Below, piece by piece: positions 1-12,200 of a DNA stretch of 64,000 nt. Origin of the DNA: Takakia lepidozioides (lineage: Eukaryota; Plantae; Bryophyta); contig CM060731.1 in assembly GCA_030704615.1 (NCBI GenBank), positions 9,052,001 through 9,116,000 on the forward strand. Reading direction: 5' to 3'. The notes beneath the pieces were generated by a model, which saw only the letters and a program-made list of their open reading frames with translations, ran no database searches and had not been told where the DNA came from. The stretch's first letter is position 1. Each line of letters begins with the position of its first letter. The position numbers were made by a program, and so were the translations under genes.

Positions 1-1999
1 CGCTGCTGTGCACCCTCTTCGTTCAAGTTATCCAACTCAGGCAACAATAGCTCTGCCTGCCCTAGTTTGTCCCCGCATCACCACACACGGTTTCAGCCAC
101 CCTTAAGCCTTTCCTAAAAACTAGAATTCGGCTCTGGGAATTCCCCCGCACTAAAGAACCCAGCTCACATGAAAATAACCTAGAACCCTTAGTAGTCAGC
201 TCTCCCACAAATTACAGCTGTCTTGAAAAATGCTCGTAAACACCCATCTGATGCCAGAAACTGTAAAAATTACAAATGATGCAGCAAATTTGCAACAAAG
301 GAAAGTGAGAGGCAGTGGTCAGAAATCTCCTGTGACAATTATTTGTGGATTCATGGCAATGCTATCCATCTGTCTTTATCTCTTCCCTTTCATACTCTGT
401 CCCATTCCCTCACACTCTGACCCTCCCTTCCTCCTTCCCTCCCCAACTTCTGTAACCTTGCAGCAGTGCACAAATTCTCTCTTACATAAATGAGAAGAAA
501 TTCAAGGATATCAAACTACACATCGATCCTTTCTCCTCATCTTTCCTGCTCTGATCAGTTTCCCCTGCCCATATAGGTGATAGAAAGAAAGCACATAACT
601 TAACACGTGTAGGGCCTAATCAACCTCCACTACAACATTCCAGCAGTGAAGGGCTGGTAAAGGCCCACAGGTTTGCTTTGGGCAGCTGTTCTTCTTGCCG
701 TATGCCACAACTCTGGCACACAGTTCGGCCAGCTGCCATCGATGTCTCCCTTTGTTCAAAAATAATCCTTTGTAGCACACACTAACATTTACAGCAGACG
801 TTTATGCAGTCACCCTCATCTACTCAATATACCCAGAAGCAGTTTTCCCAATTACGACGAGACAAAACAATGTAACTTTGCAGTAGCTTGTGTAAAACTT
901 CACATGAGTGAAATTGGGGCATGATACTGCTCTTACTTTTCCGCACTACTTACAGACAAAACCCTGTGTACAACAAATGCTCCCATAGAAAGGGTTCTTA
1001 CTATGGCTCGTGTGCCTCCAGAAGACACAAACGTTGCAGTGGCTCCACTGGACTGTAGAACAGCATCCTCCAGATTGTCAGGCAGCACACTGCATGCATT
1101 TCGCCCTTGTAAGCACTCACACTACGGGACAGACCTGGATAAACTCATCGGAGTGTGGCCAACCAACACAAAAGAGCGACTAGAGCTTAACACACAGCTG
1201 TCCCTGGCAACTTAACCCTGTTTGAGATTACAGTTGCATGCTTACATCAAACAGGAAAGACAACACCCACCAATAACAACAAAGAAAAGCTACCAAAACA
1301 GTTTCCGTAAACCTTACCACGTAGCTACTGGCCGACTTTGAACACTCACTCTACCACTACAAATAAAGGAATCATGAGAAAAGAGGAGGAATTCAAAAGA
1401 AGGTGAAAGAAGCGACCGAAAAATGCGTGAGTTCCTCTCACTATAAATCATCTAGAGCTGTCAAAGCACCGCATTCATAGGTTTGTCGTTGCCTAACCCA
1501 GTTTGAACATAAATGTGGTCTGTCTGTGAAACAATGCATGGTTCTTCCCCTTCCCAAAAGAGGGAAGAACCACTTCTCATCCCTAACCTCTTCTTGTTAC
1601 AAACACTACAAACACGTGTATCGTCTGTATGGCTGACCGGTTGTTGTAAAAGTCGACATACCCTTCATCTTGAGTAACTTGCTCCTCCCCATCCTCACTC
1701 TCCTCTTCCCCTAAAGAAGAAGCGGCATCGCCATTTGCTGTCTCAACACCTTGCTTGAACTGTTGGAACTTGGCGAGTCTCCTGAGATAAGTTCCACGGA
1801 CCTCCCCCCCACGCCATTGCCCTCTCCCTGCAAGCACTGGATGGCAGCCGGGGATCTGAGCTTGAAACGATGTGGACTGGAAACCCCTGGCTACGACCAA
1901 GGAGCCAACAGCGGAATGAGAAGGTGCATGTGGGCAGTGTGCAGCAGAGCAAGAGAGCAGGCGGCGCTGGAAGACATGCGTTGTTGAGAGGAGCGCCAT
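1..1999 (-). CDS. DUF1995-family plastid-targeted protein, 5' part (continues beyond the left edge)
   Basis: Exons 1999-1662, 1089-1002 and 56-<1 join by GT-AG with consistent phases. They give a Ser/Arg/Ala-rich transit-peptide-like N-terminus, then VLPDNLEDAVLQSSGATATFVSSGGTRAI/AELLLPELDNLNEEGAQQ, which matches my recollection of plant DUF1995 proteins. Confidence 0.7.
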
Positions 2000-3064
2000 A
2001 GCCGCCTCACCTCCTCCTTCCTTTGTTGCAGCTCCTAAACAGGACCACCCCTTCTATCCCAGCCCACCTTCTTGCCTCTTATTTTGTTTTTCTAAATTTG
2101 TTTTTGGCATTCCCTTTCTTGGTTGTAAAACTAGCGGCTAGCCACGTTCGCTCTAGGCTAGTGAAATCTACCTTCATCCATAATAAACTTGATAATTCTT
2201 CATAAGTTTTTCAATGGCAGAGATGTTACCTGAGGGAGGTTCTACCTGGAGAAGGCACATCATATGGAAATTCTAGCAACGACTGAAGGGACTAGTTTAG
2301 CGTAGAGCAGGAATAGGGTGCCACGTCATCTTTTCCACGTCATCGTAGACAGGTCATCGTCGTCAGCCACGTCATCGTCGTCATTTTTTAAAGAACCTGC
2401 CCGAAAATAACTTGGAGAGGTGTCTTGCAGCGCGGGGAAGGAATGACTATGTCCCCGCGTGCGGAAGGGTTTCACACACGGATCTCAAAGGGAGATCCTA
2501 CATGGTGGATGCTGCTGCAGAACCTTTTCCATGTCATGTTGGTAATACCCAGAACCAGCGGATATCGAACAAAGTTAGTAACCGCTTGACAGTTTTGATC
2601 CCGGTTTAATGCTGAACCCCACCAGCCAGCTCCCTGGGCGGCGATTCCACGCAAATCGCTATAACTTAACTTTTCTCCATTTGCAGCGATCAGCCTGGGC
2701 CAGGTGCCATCGGAAAGCCCTAGTTGGGAGCTACATTTTAGCTGTCTTACCGCAGGTCAATCGGATTAGAATCCAGAAAGATGAAGAGGTTTGGAAAATA
2801 AGGCAGCGACTTAGGCGTTCAGGGGTTAAATGGGCTCAAGTTAAGTGAACTCCATGAGGTTGACACAATTGGCTTGATTTCCCACCAGATACTCCACAAC
2901 ATGCTCTTGATGGAATATCAATAAGATTAGAAGACTCGAAACATCTGCTATTGAGCATATGAGCACCAAGTAAAGCTCCCAAATAAAGATCATAATGTAT
3001 TTGCTTGCTTCCTATGTGGTCAAAAGAGACTGTGGTCTATGTATGCTCTGCCAGATTGACTAGA

Positions 3065-6000
3065 TTAAGGACAGGAGTCGTCACTGGCAATGTCTTCTTG
3101 GTTGACTGTCAGCCAATCGTTGAATTCACCCCTATCTGACTTATACCCATGCACTGATTCACCAGAAAGATCCTGAGTGAGAACCTGAGCACTGCTGTAA
3201 AATTCCTGTGGGATCTCACGGTCTCCCTCGCCCAGACATAATACAGTTGCATCTTGACCAGTCAATGCCCTCAATCCCTCCAAGTTGTCCATCCTTTCGG
3301 GCCATGTTTGGGGTCCCTACACAGTTCATGTGTACAAATTCAGCCAACTGAGCTGTAGCACAACTGGCTGCAAGATAATTCCAAACAACTGACTAGTTTG
3401 CTAATTGTATGAGGCCCGCTCAGGCAGATCTATTCAGTGCCTTTCATTTACAAGAAGCTAGGGCGCAGCATTCCACATCCTGTACTAAATAACTTGCAAA
3501 TGCCTTCAGGAAAATACCTCTTTGCCGCTGTCTTCATCTTCAAGAGCACTAAATGAGACCTCCTCATCAACATTTCTTGTTATCCCTGCATCAGTAACTT
3601 TCACTCAGCACAGAATACTCCATCCTCATGGCAAATGGGAACATTTGTGATGGGGGTCCGCAGGAGGCAGTGGTCCGGCGTAAGCTTTTTAGTGCTTTGA
3701 CTGTGTGCTTCTATCGGAATTACTGCCATCCTGTCGTTTGCCCAAGGTATCTGCTCATGAAGCCTTTTAATCCACACTTGAGAAAATCTATACCTAAAAA
3801 GCTTTCACACTAGTCAGTGGTGACTTTCCGTAAAGAGAGAATTATTCCACTGGATACCATTGTATACAGTCATACGGTTATGGACTGTAATGCAATGACA
3901 GATCATTACAGTTTGCAAGTAACTTTTCCTCCAGAACACTACAACAAGCTTTTTCTTGATGTTTCTCTCTCTGCTGCAACTGGCAAATGCCAAGTAGTTT
4001 ATCGGCCCAAATGAAAAAAATGCATATGAAAGCTGAATTCCCGCTGAATCAGCACCTCTCTCCTTCCAAACAGACATAAACATTTGACACCAGCACGATA
4101 ATAAACATGACAACACATGATGCAGCCCCCTGTACATATCACCCCATGTGGAGACAACCTACCCACCCTTACTACAGAATATTTCTCTCTTGGCAAATCA
4201 AATATGCAGCACTAATGATAAATAATCAACTCATCATGCAGACGCTGAAGATACCACCACCATACCAAACAGACAGAAATATCCAGGTAACCTTCTCCAC
4301 CTGAGCTGCAACCAAAACCGCAAGTCAAGAACCTGACCTGCATTTGTGGTCCCCTGCTGAGCAATTCGTGCACTTGTTGCTGCCCCATCAGCATTGTCCT
4401 CATCAGCATTATCCAGCCACTCATCCACCTGAGTCTCATTGTCCTCACGCCTGAAAGATGAATACTTCATGGTGTTCACCCTGCCTGGCTCTTCACTCTC
4501 AGTTGTTGCCAAAGGAGCCCCCTCTGAGTACACTGCCATGTCTAACATACTCCCACCTGCTACTGCCGGTTCCATGCTCTGGGAAGGCTCAGACTGTAAG
4601 GTGGGATGCGACAGCTCTCCTCTTCCGTCGAAATGGTTAGAATTACTACTTGCAATCCCATCTTGTTGGCACTGGTTGGAAGACCCGTCACCTGTGTTAG
4701 TTTCGCCCTTGTGCTGTTCTTGAATAAGCAGCGCACGAGTACTAATAATCTGCAATGAAGAGGACCATTCCAAATTCGCAATCATTTTGAAAATAAGCCT
4801 GAAACCAAAACTAGGCCTTTATGCCTTTTGTCTGACTATTTGAACAAAATGGGCATGTACCCCTCTACCCTCTTTGCTGGTATATAGGGAGGTACACCAA
4901 GAATATTTCCCAAGCATGAGCACAATTCCTTGGTTCTATGATTTGATGATGTGAAACAGTTCTCTTGTTCCGGTTGGAAATTTTAAATACCTGGGGTGTT
5001 GACAAAAGGTCTGCATCAAGTTTGCTAAGGCGTGAGTGCAGTAGCACAAAATATATTTTCCAAAAGCGCCCATCGCTAATTAAATTTGGGCACATCTGAA
5101 GGTGCACTGCTCGGAGCCCAGGTGCCACATGCTCCACAGCATCGGCATGCTTTTGCTGTGCCTCTGTCATCCTGAACTCTGTTTCCAACAACAACAACAA
5201 AGCTGAGAGCTAGATTGGGAGAAAAAAGGGGCTGAGAGAGAGATGAGAAGCTTTGAGGGTGGTAGTTGCGCCCTGTAAATTCCAGGGGAAAATGGAAGTC
5301 TGGCTATATTAAGGATTTATGTCCATTGGTCACGGCAAGGCTTTATAGCAGTGAGGTATCACTGCTGGACCTTACAGGCAACCATCCCCATGATGACATG
5401 AGTATAAACCCCAAAGGATAGTCTTGTAGTCTCCAGAGTGTTCATATACTACGTTGATGTACACTCCCAAGGGCCCCAACATGTGCAGAGAAGAGAGAGA
5501 AGGGAAGAAGGAAAGAAATTTACTACTACTGCGGGAGGCCCAAAGCCCACAAGTACAACACAGAGATTGACGATAAAAGAAGAAGGCCAAAGCAGATAGT
5601 TATGCCCCCTTTTGATACCAGAAGGGGGCTGGCGATAAGAGGGAAAAGAGATGAAGGAAGATCCAGAAAGAGAGTGGGAGGGAAGGAAGAGAAACAGCAA
5701 GTGTGCAATGGAATAGATTACCATCGCCATCCTTGTTGTCTGTCAGAGGAAAATCAAGCCAAGTTTCAGGATGCATCGCGATGTTCCTTGCAAAGGTGAC
5801 CACTTCATCAGTTAAGCCCGTGGCCCACTCTCTCTGATTCGTCTCCAATGACAGTTGTGCAACAACGTCATGGCCAAAGGGAAGAAGGCTCGAGGACAAT
5901 TTTGGCAGCCCATCAAGGTCACCATCACTTATGCTGGAACAGGAGGCCTGTGACAAAATCATAATGGGTGATATTCAAACAAGTAACGATAAATATTGGC

Positions 6001-7420
6001 TTTCTTTTTATTAAGTAAATGTGATTGTGTGAGCCCATTAGGACTGCGATCTCTGTGTGTCTCACAACAACTTTGTGCCTAATGTGATGTGGGCCCTGTA
6101 TAGAGTGTAGAGGTGCTTGCCTCCAATAACAAGATTGATTCTCCCTCTGAAAGAAATTAAACTCCTCTCTAACATAATCACCTCATACACAATGGCTCCA
6201 AAATCATAAATAAGAAAAAAATTTCCTGATCCCCACTTTCAATAAATGGGACCAGCAGTGTTTGAAAGAAGTCCAGTACTGTGATGTTGTATATGGATGC
6301 CCACCAGTTCATTCTTCGACAGGCAATATAAGTCTGGGTTGTCTCTCTCATGATCTCCCACGAAAAATTGCATCCCATGCGTTCAATATTACCTCTGTTA
6401 CCCCTATGAACAGAGGATAATAAACTTTGGCAGGTCACTGCAGAAAAAGGTGAGTATGCTTCACTAGAATGGACTTAGCACTTTGGATTCTCTCATCCAA
6501 AATGAAGCATGACGTTTGATTGCAAGAAGGAATTCGGCTGTTGGACTTACAGCAGCTCAAAATAGCTTCTCCACAATAGTCTTAAGATATCTTACCTTGA
6601 CATATGACTCAAAGTCCTGCGCCTGGGCATCAGCTTCCACATCCCCACAAGCCAAGCGTGCTTCGCCTCCCCAATTTCTCGCTGTTTCTTTCTCTCCGCC
6701 CAGTACGGGCTTAAGCCAAGAGTTAAAATGCTTGCTGTTATTGCCGTGGCCCAGAGGACTCCCCTGGTGGCCAGACGCAGTACGCTCTGGGGAGGTCTTT
6801 AGGGCTGAAACGTCATCCCCAAACTCGTCCAGTGCAACCTCCAGGATAACCGAGGTAATGCGCGAGAGGCCTGTTGCTACACTCCCCCTCAATTCTTCTA
6901 GATCGTTACGAATGCCTGCCAATCGCTGGTCCGGGCCCCGCCCTTCGACTGAATTTGGCGGGGAGGTTGGTGAAGAATCTCCAATATAGCCAGCCCATAA
7001 TATCGTATCCCTGGCTGTTGACGAAGCCAATTCTATGTCGTTCTCGCCTCTAAAAACGTTCCTCTCCTCTTCCTCGCCTGAGAAAATCATAGAACTGCGC
7101 AAGTCCCCGGAGTGTAACCCTACGGCCCTTGGTGAATCAGCTCTTGAGATCCCACAGCACTTGGATGGCGGTGAGACTAAGAACGATGCAACGCCCCATA
7201 GCTGGCGAGTGAGACTCTTGGTCAATTCTGAAAGGTCCTCTTTCACTCCCTTTCCTGCCGTGTTGGCCATGGATGCCAGGTTTGGAGAACCGCCTAGGTC
7301 CCCTTCTTCGGCCTCTTCATTTTCATCTTCTTTGTCTAGATGCTCTTGACAGTGCGTTCCCCATGGTTGCCGGGGCGATGATGGGAGAGGCAGGGAGAAC
7401 GCATTGGAAAACCACGACAT
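3065..7420 (-). CDS. BSD domain-containing protein, 6 exons
   Basis: Exons 7420-6596, 5947-5722, 5178-4991, 4749-4338, 3585-3518, 3316-3065, all GT-AG and in phase. Plant BSD motifs: GVKEDLSELTKSLTRQLWGVASFL, FARNIAMHPETWLDFP, QQKHADAVEHVAP...FWKIYFVLLH, EEVSFSALEDE, C-terminal NDWLTV. Confidence 0.9.
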
Positions 7421-8419
7421 AGGATTTGTATATTCTTGTAGGAGCTCTCCACGATGAGAGGCGAAATCTTTTAGTTCAAAGGGCTTTCAGGAGCCAAAGC
7501 CGAAGATGCAAAGTACCACTTGTTCTATTCTCCCTGCGGCACCCACTGGACCCCCCTCCCTCTTCACCTTCGAAATATCAAAAGTATTACCAGGGTGAAC
7601 AAATGGAGGCTTCAAGCTCCCTCTCTCGAGTAAATAAGTCTTGCCCAGACATTCAGGTTCAATACAATCCAAACTCACTACCAGTGGCTGTCAAAATTAG
7701 GGGACAAGCCAGATTGGCACAAGACTGTGGCCACCAGGGGAGGTGAGACAAACTTCAATTCAACATTATAACTTCAGAGTTGCAAGGCAACAATGTCAAT
7801 TGCTTCACAGTTCAGTACATCCTCGTTGCCTCACTGATCACCAGTTGTCTTCATACTCCGGGATATTTGTCTACTATATCATTCTGATCTCACAATTTTC
7901 TTTCGAAGGCTTCTCAAGTCTTAGAGCTCAATTGTCCCACGCCAGGCTCACAATCCAAGTCCACACCGATACTCTCTGTTTTCCTTCTGCTGCACCTAAT
8001 AAGAAACATAAATTAATTATCTTTAAGTTCAATCTCTCCTCGATCGATGCGCTCTGCACAAGGCTGAACCCCGACTGCTTAGAGAAACACTTTCCTAGAT
8101 GATTACTGCCGAGATTACTGCAAACTCGTCATCATGAATGCTGAAAAATCCGAACTTCACCAAAGATAAAAATTCTCCTCATTTGAGAAACTATCCAATT
8201 GACCTTACAATCGCAAGCATCAGGGCCACAGCAGAGATGGCGCTCCAAGACGGGGCAGGGAATTGACGAGGCATTCCTTTCTGGCTTCCCCAAAGCAACC
8301 CGCTGTGCCCGCCACCATCTCCACGGGCATCCTCCCATCCCTCTCATATTTCATTCATCCATATTCCCCACAGCTCAAATTCATTACATCCATCCCATGC
8401 TGACTGAATACCGGTGGTG

Positions 8420-8470
8420 GGCCACGTGGTGCCATTATCTACGACCCTAGCGAAATCAGGCCACGTGTCG
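8420..8470. promoter_or_regulatory. G-box/ABRE-like motifs in the divergent BSD-PLC intergenic region
   Basis: GCCACGTGG at ~8421 and CCACGTGTC at ~8461, with several GGGCC motifs nearby, between head-to-head genes. Function is untested. Confidence 0.35.
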
Positions 8471-9201
8471 AAGTCCCGTCGCAGTGTAAGGGCCTTTTGG
8501 CCCGTCCTCGTGGGCCACCCGTCAAATCAAAGGGTCGAGGCCGGGCTACTGCCCGTCTCAATGTTGCTTTGGAGCAGGTTGGTCTGTGTATGAATGCAGC
8601 GGATTGATTGTGTCTGACCAGATTTGGAAATTGGAACGGGGGAGAAGAAGAAGATGTGAAGCTGTTGCATAATCGTTTCTTTCCGTAATCTGAGCTGGAT
8701 GTGGATTGATGCATCCGGATGTACCCGATCAGAAACTGGGAAGCAATTTGAACATTGAGGTCCAGTTTTCGTTGTGAATATGTAGGTGTTCTTGAGGGGA
8801 AGAAGGTGGATCTGTTTTCCTCTGAGAAAGTCACGTAATAAGTAAATCTAGTGGTATCTTCCTCACTGCACACCGACTTGGTGGAATTCGTTCAAACCGT
8901 CTGCTTTACCTGCTCGTCCTAGACTATCTGCCTTCTTCAATGGTGGAGATCACTGACAATTTGTTTTCATCCTGAGGCATGTTTCCATTAGGAAGAGGTT
9001 GATAGTGATAATCCTCCTTTTTGTGCGAGTGGATTGTCCGGAAGAGATCAGTGTGAAAGCAGTGGCGAAAATGTGGGTGGGCAGTTCTGAATAGTATCAA
9101 CCAACATCAGTAGCCCCGTAATTTACCCACCAACAAGATTAAGATCTTACGAACCGAGTCTCAAGTGTTTCCTGGGCCAGAGACTAGCAGCAGTGGGAAA
9201 C

Positions 9202-12200
9202 ATGTGCCACTGCGTACCACATAGGCCAACCTCGAATGCTGTTATCACGCCCCCAGAAACTGTCAAGAACATGTTTGATGCAGCAGCCAATGGGAAAGAT
9301 TGCATGAATGCTGCAGACTTGGCGGCCTTCGTAGTCAACGTGCAAGGCGAGACAGGTGTAACGGAGGAACAAGCCGCAACCTTCATTTCCGAGACAGTCT
9401 CAAGTTCTAGGCCAGCATCCATTTTTCAAAATCAGTGGCGACCTTGTGAGCTAAATTTGGAGGGTTTCCTGGACTACCTACTCAATCCATCTTTAAATGC
9501 AGCCATGTCACCTACCAAAATGGTGAGCGGTTCAACGTTTGATACCCTTCTGTTCCCTTTTAGTTTCTGTGGGTGTCCTGCCGACGTAATGAAGTTCTTG
9601 CTCTCGTCCTTTCTTGTTCTTGTCTCCCTCTGCACTTTCTACGAAATCATAACCGAAACATTTCTCTGTGGAAGAGAGCTACAGTAGCATCTTTTGGGTG
9701 AACACCCAATTCCCCGTATGAGCACTTCCAAGTATACTGCAGCTGATTCTTATGACCTGTGGGTCCCACATGATAGTAACTGTGGAACCCTTGCAGTCAA
9801 GGGTACTATAGACCATATTCGTATGAAATGGTCAACGAGTGCATTCTTTTTCCTGTGAGCTCTCTCTTCAATAGAATATCATCAGATATTCACAACATCT
9901 GAAGTCAACGATGAAATTTGTTGGGTTCGATCACAAGTATGTAAGTTGTAAAATCAGGTGTGATCTGTGCAACTTACAATTAGGTCTGCATCAGGCTAGG
10001 TCATTACCACTAATATGAAGTTAATCTGCTTAAGGGAGATTTCATGAAGCTGAATGTCACTCGAGGATATGCAATTAAAGTGGATGAGGCTAATTATGAA
10101 AGCCTCCTCACATGAAGCTGACATGCACTGGAAACCAGCTCACATTGTGGCTTGCTTGGGTTTAGCATACATCTGTAGTCTCATGCAGATAGGAAGATAC
10201 AGAACATATGGTACAGCTGCTAACTAATTTTCTGTTGCAGCCTGTCCAGGATATGACAGCGCCACTGTCACACTACTTCATTTATTCAAGCCACAACTCA
10301 TATTTGACAGGAAACCAGCTGACCTCTAGGTGCAGCACCCGGCCCATTGTAAGAGCGCTACAGAGTGGGTGTCGTGTGATAGAGCTTGATTGCTGGGAGC
10401 GCCGAGGCCGAATCATGGTCCTTCATGGGAAGTAAGACATTTGGTTTGATCCATATGCCTTCGCCTCCCAACTCATAAATGGATAAGCTGTATGCAGTTG
10501 GAAGTAGTTCTTGTGCTCTTTACATCTGTTCTCCGCAGAATTTAATTACTGAAAGTAGATGCAGTCTACATAATTCCTCAAACTTTTGGGTGATTGTACA
10601 ATGACGGTCCTTGCTGATTCCGGAGGCCGTTGATCTTGTGGAGCCCCTGCAGCTCCATCCAATCAGCAGAGAATGCTTTGGTGAATAATGTGAAGTCTTG
10701 AAATTGGAGACAGTGTAAACAGCCTCTTCGCCTTGGTACTGCTCCATTGGGGGATGGGCAAGGAATGTACATAATTACTTAGTTGATATTGTCTCAAGCA
10801 GTGGTGTTTTCTGTACCTTCATTCTATCTAGTGGCAGGCATTCAAGCTTTACTGCTGTGTTTGTTTGGCACTCATGGTCGCTGTTAAATCCTGGGTTGGC
10901 AGCACATTGACGAAGGCCGTGGACTTCAAGGACTGTATAAAAGCAATCAAAAAGCATGCATTTGAGTCATCTGATTACCCTGTGATGATCACCATTGAAA
11001 ATCACTTGCCTCCTGCTCTTCAAAAGCAGGCAGCCACAGTGAGTTTGACTTCACACTTCATCGTGTTTCTCATGAAGAGCGTTTTGATAGGTATGCTTGA
11101 GTGTGAGAATGCCCCCAGCGGGCAGTAGCTTTGCAGGCCCCTCTTCCACTCTAAAAGGCTACAGCAGGTGCAGTCTAAAGGTTATTAGTATGTTGGTGTC
11201 ACTTGCCTTTCTGTCTGTTTGACTGTTAATGTCATTTAAGAAAGAATGTTGTAGTATGGATTCGGTTGCATGTGCAAGTGCATGTGTTCCAGTCACTACA
11301 GCATATTGTCAAGGCAAGATAATCCTATTGATAATATACTGCAGATGTTGAAGACTATCATAGGTGACCGTTTACTCATCCCTCTGAAGGAGGATCGCCC
11401 CCCTGTTCTATTTGCATCACCAGAGGCATTGAAGGGTTTGATCATTGTCTCTGATAAACCACCCGGAGATTCTGTTGAAGAGCAGGTACCTTTGTGCCCA
11501 TACTTTCATCATACGAACGCTTAGAAAATCCTCATACTTAGTGGCTTCGTGTACAACTACGTCAACTTACCATCAACTTGTGTTGAACTGGAGGGTTTAA
11601 CCTCATAAACAGAAGCACCGCAAAGAACTGAGTAATTTTGTTACCCATTGCAGGTAAAAAACAATTGTAGTTCAACTTCTGTTGAGGAATCCTGTTCTGG
11701 GGGTGTATGTCAATGCTGAAGGGCCATTTTTGGGCCCTTACCCTGGAAAGGTTGTGTTACCAGAAGTTCAATTTCTTATGACTGTCCAGCTCTGATAGGA
11801 AAAATATGATAGTGGCACAGATCTGAGTGTGCTAGAACTGTTGAGATGGTGGTTTTAGTGTATATTCTTTTATATACAATTCATGGTTGGCTTTCTCTAA
11901 GATGTTCTTCACTCTATTAGCTTCCCTCCATATAAAGTCGAGCTTCCACCCCCATGCCAGTTGCCTCCCTGTTTCCATCCACTTTATGGACTCACGGTTA
12001 GACCGCCAATCTGTGGCAGGTTGCACAAGCTCCCGAGGTTGCTCGACATCTCGTTGCAGATACTGTTGCTGATGGGAGCAACTCACCTGATCTGGATTCC
12101 TCAAAAATTGCAAAAACCAAGGTTCATGCAAAAAGGGCTCAGAGAAAGACTGTGCAAAAAGCGACCACCACTGTTGCCAGAGCTGGACCTCATTCAGATT

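Noticed and set aside
6516-7349. Long plus-strand ORFs
   Set aside because: They are antisense shadows of BSD exon 1. The same applies to the plus-strand ORFs over the transposase (23030-26269).
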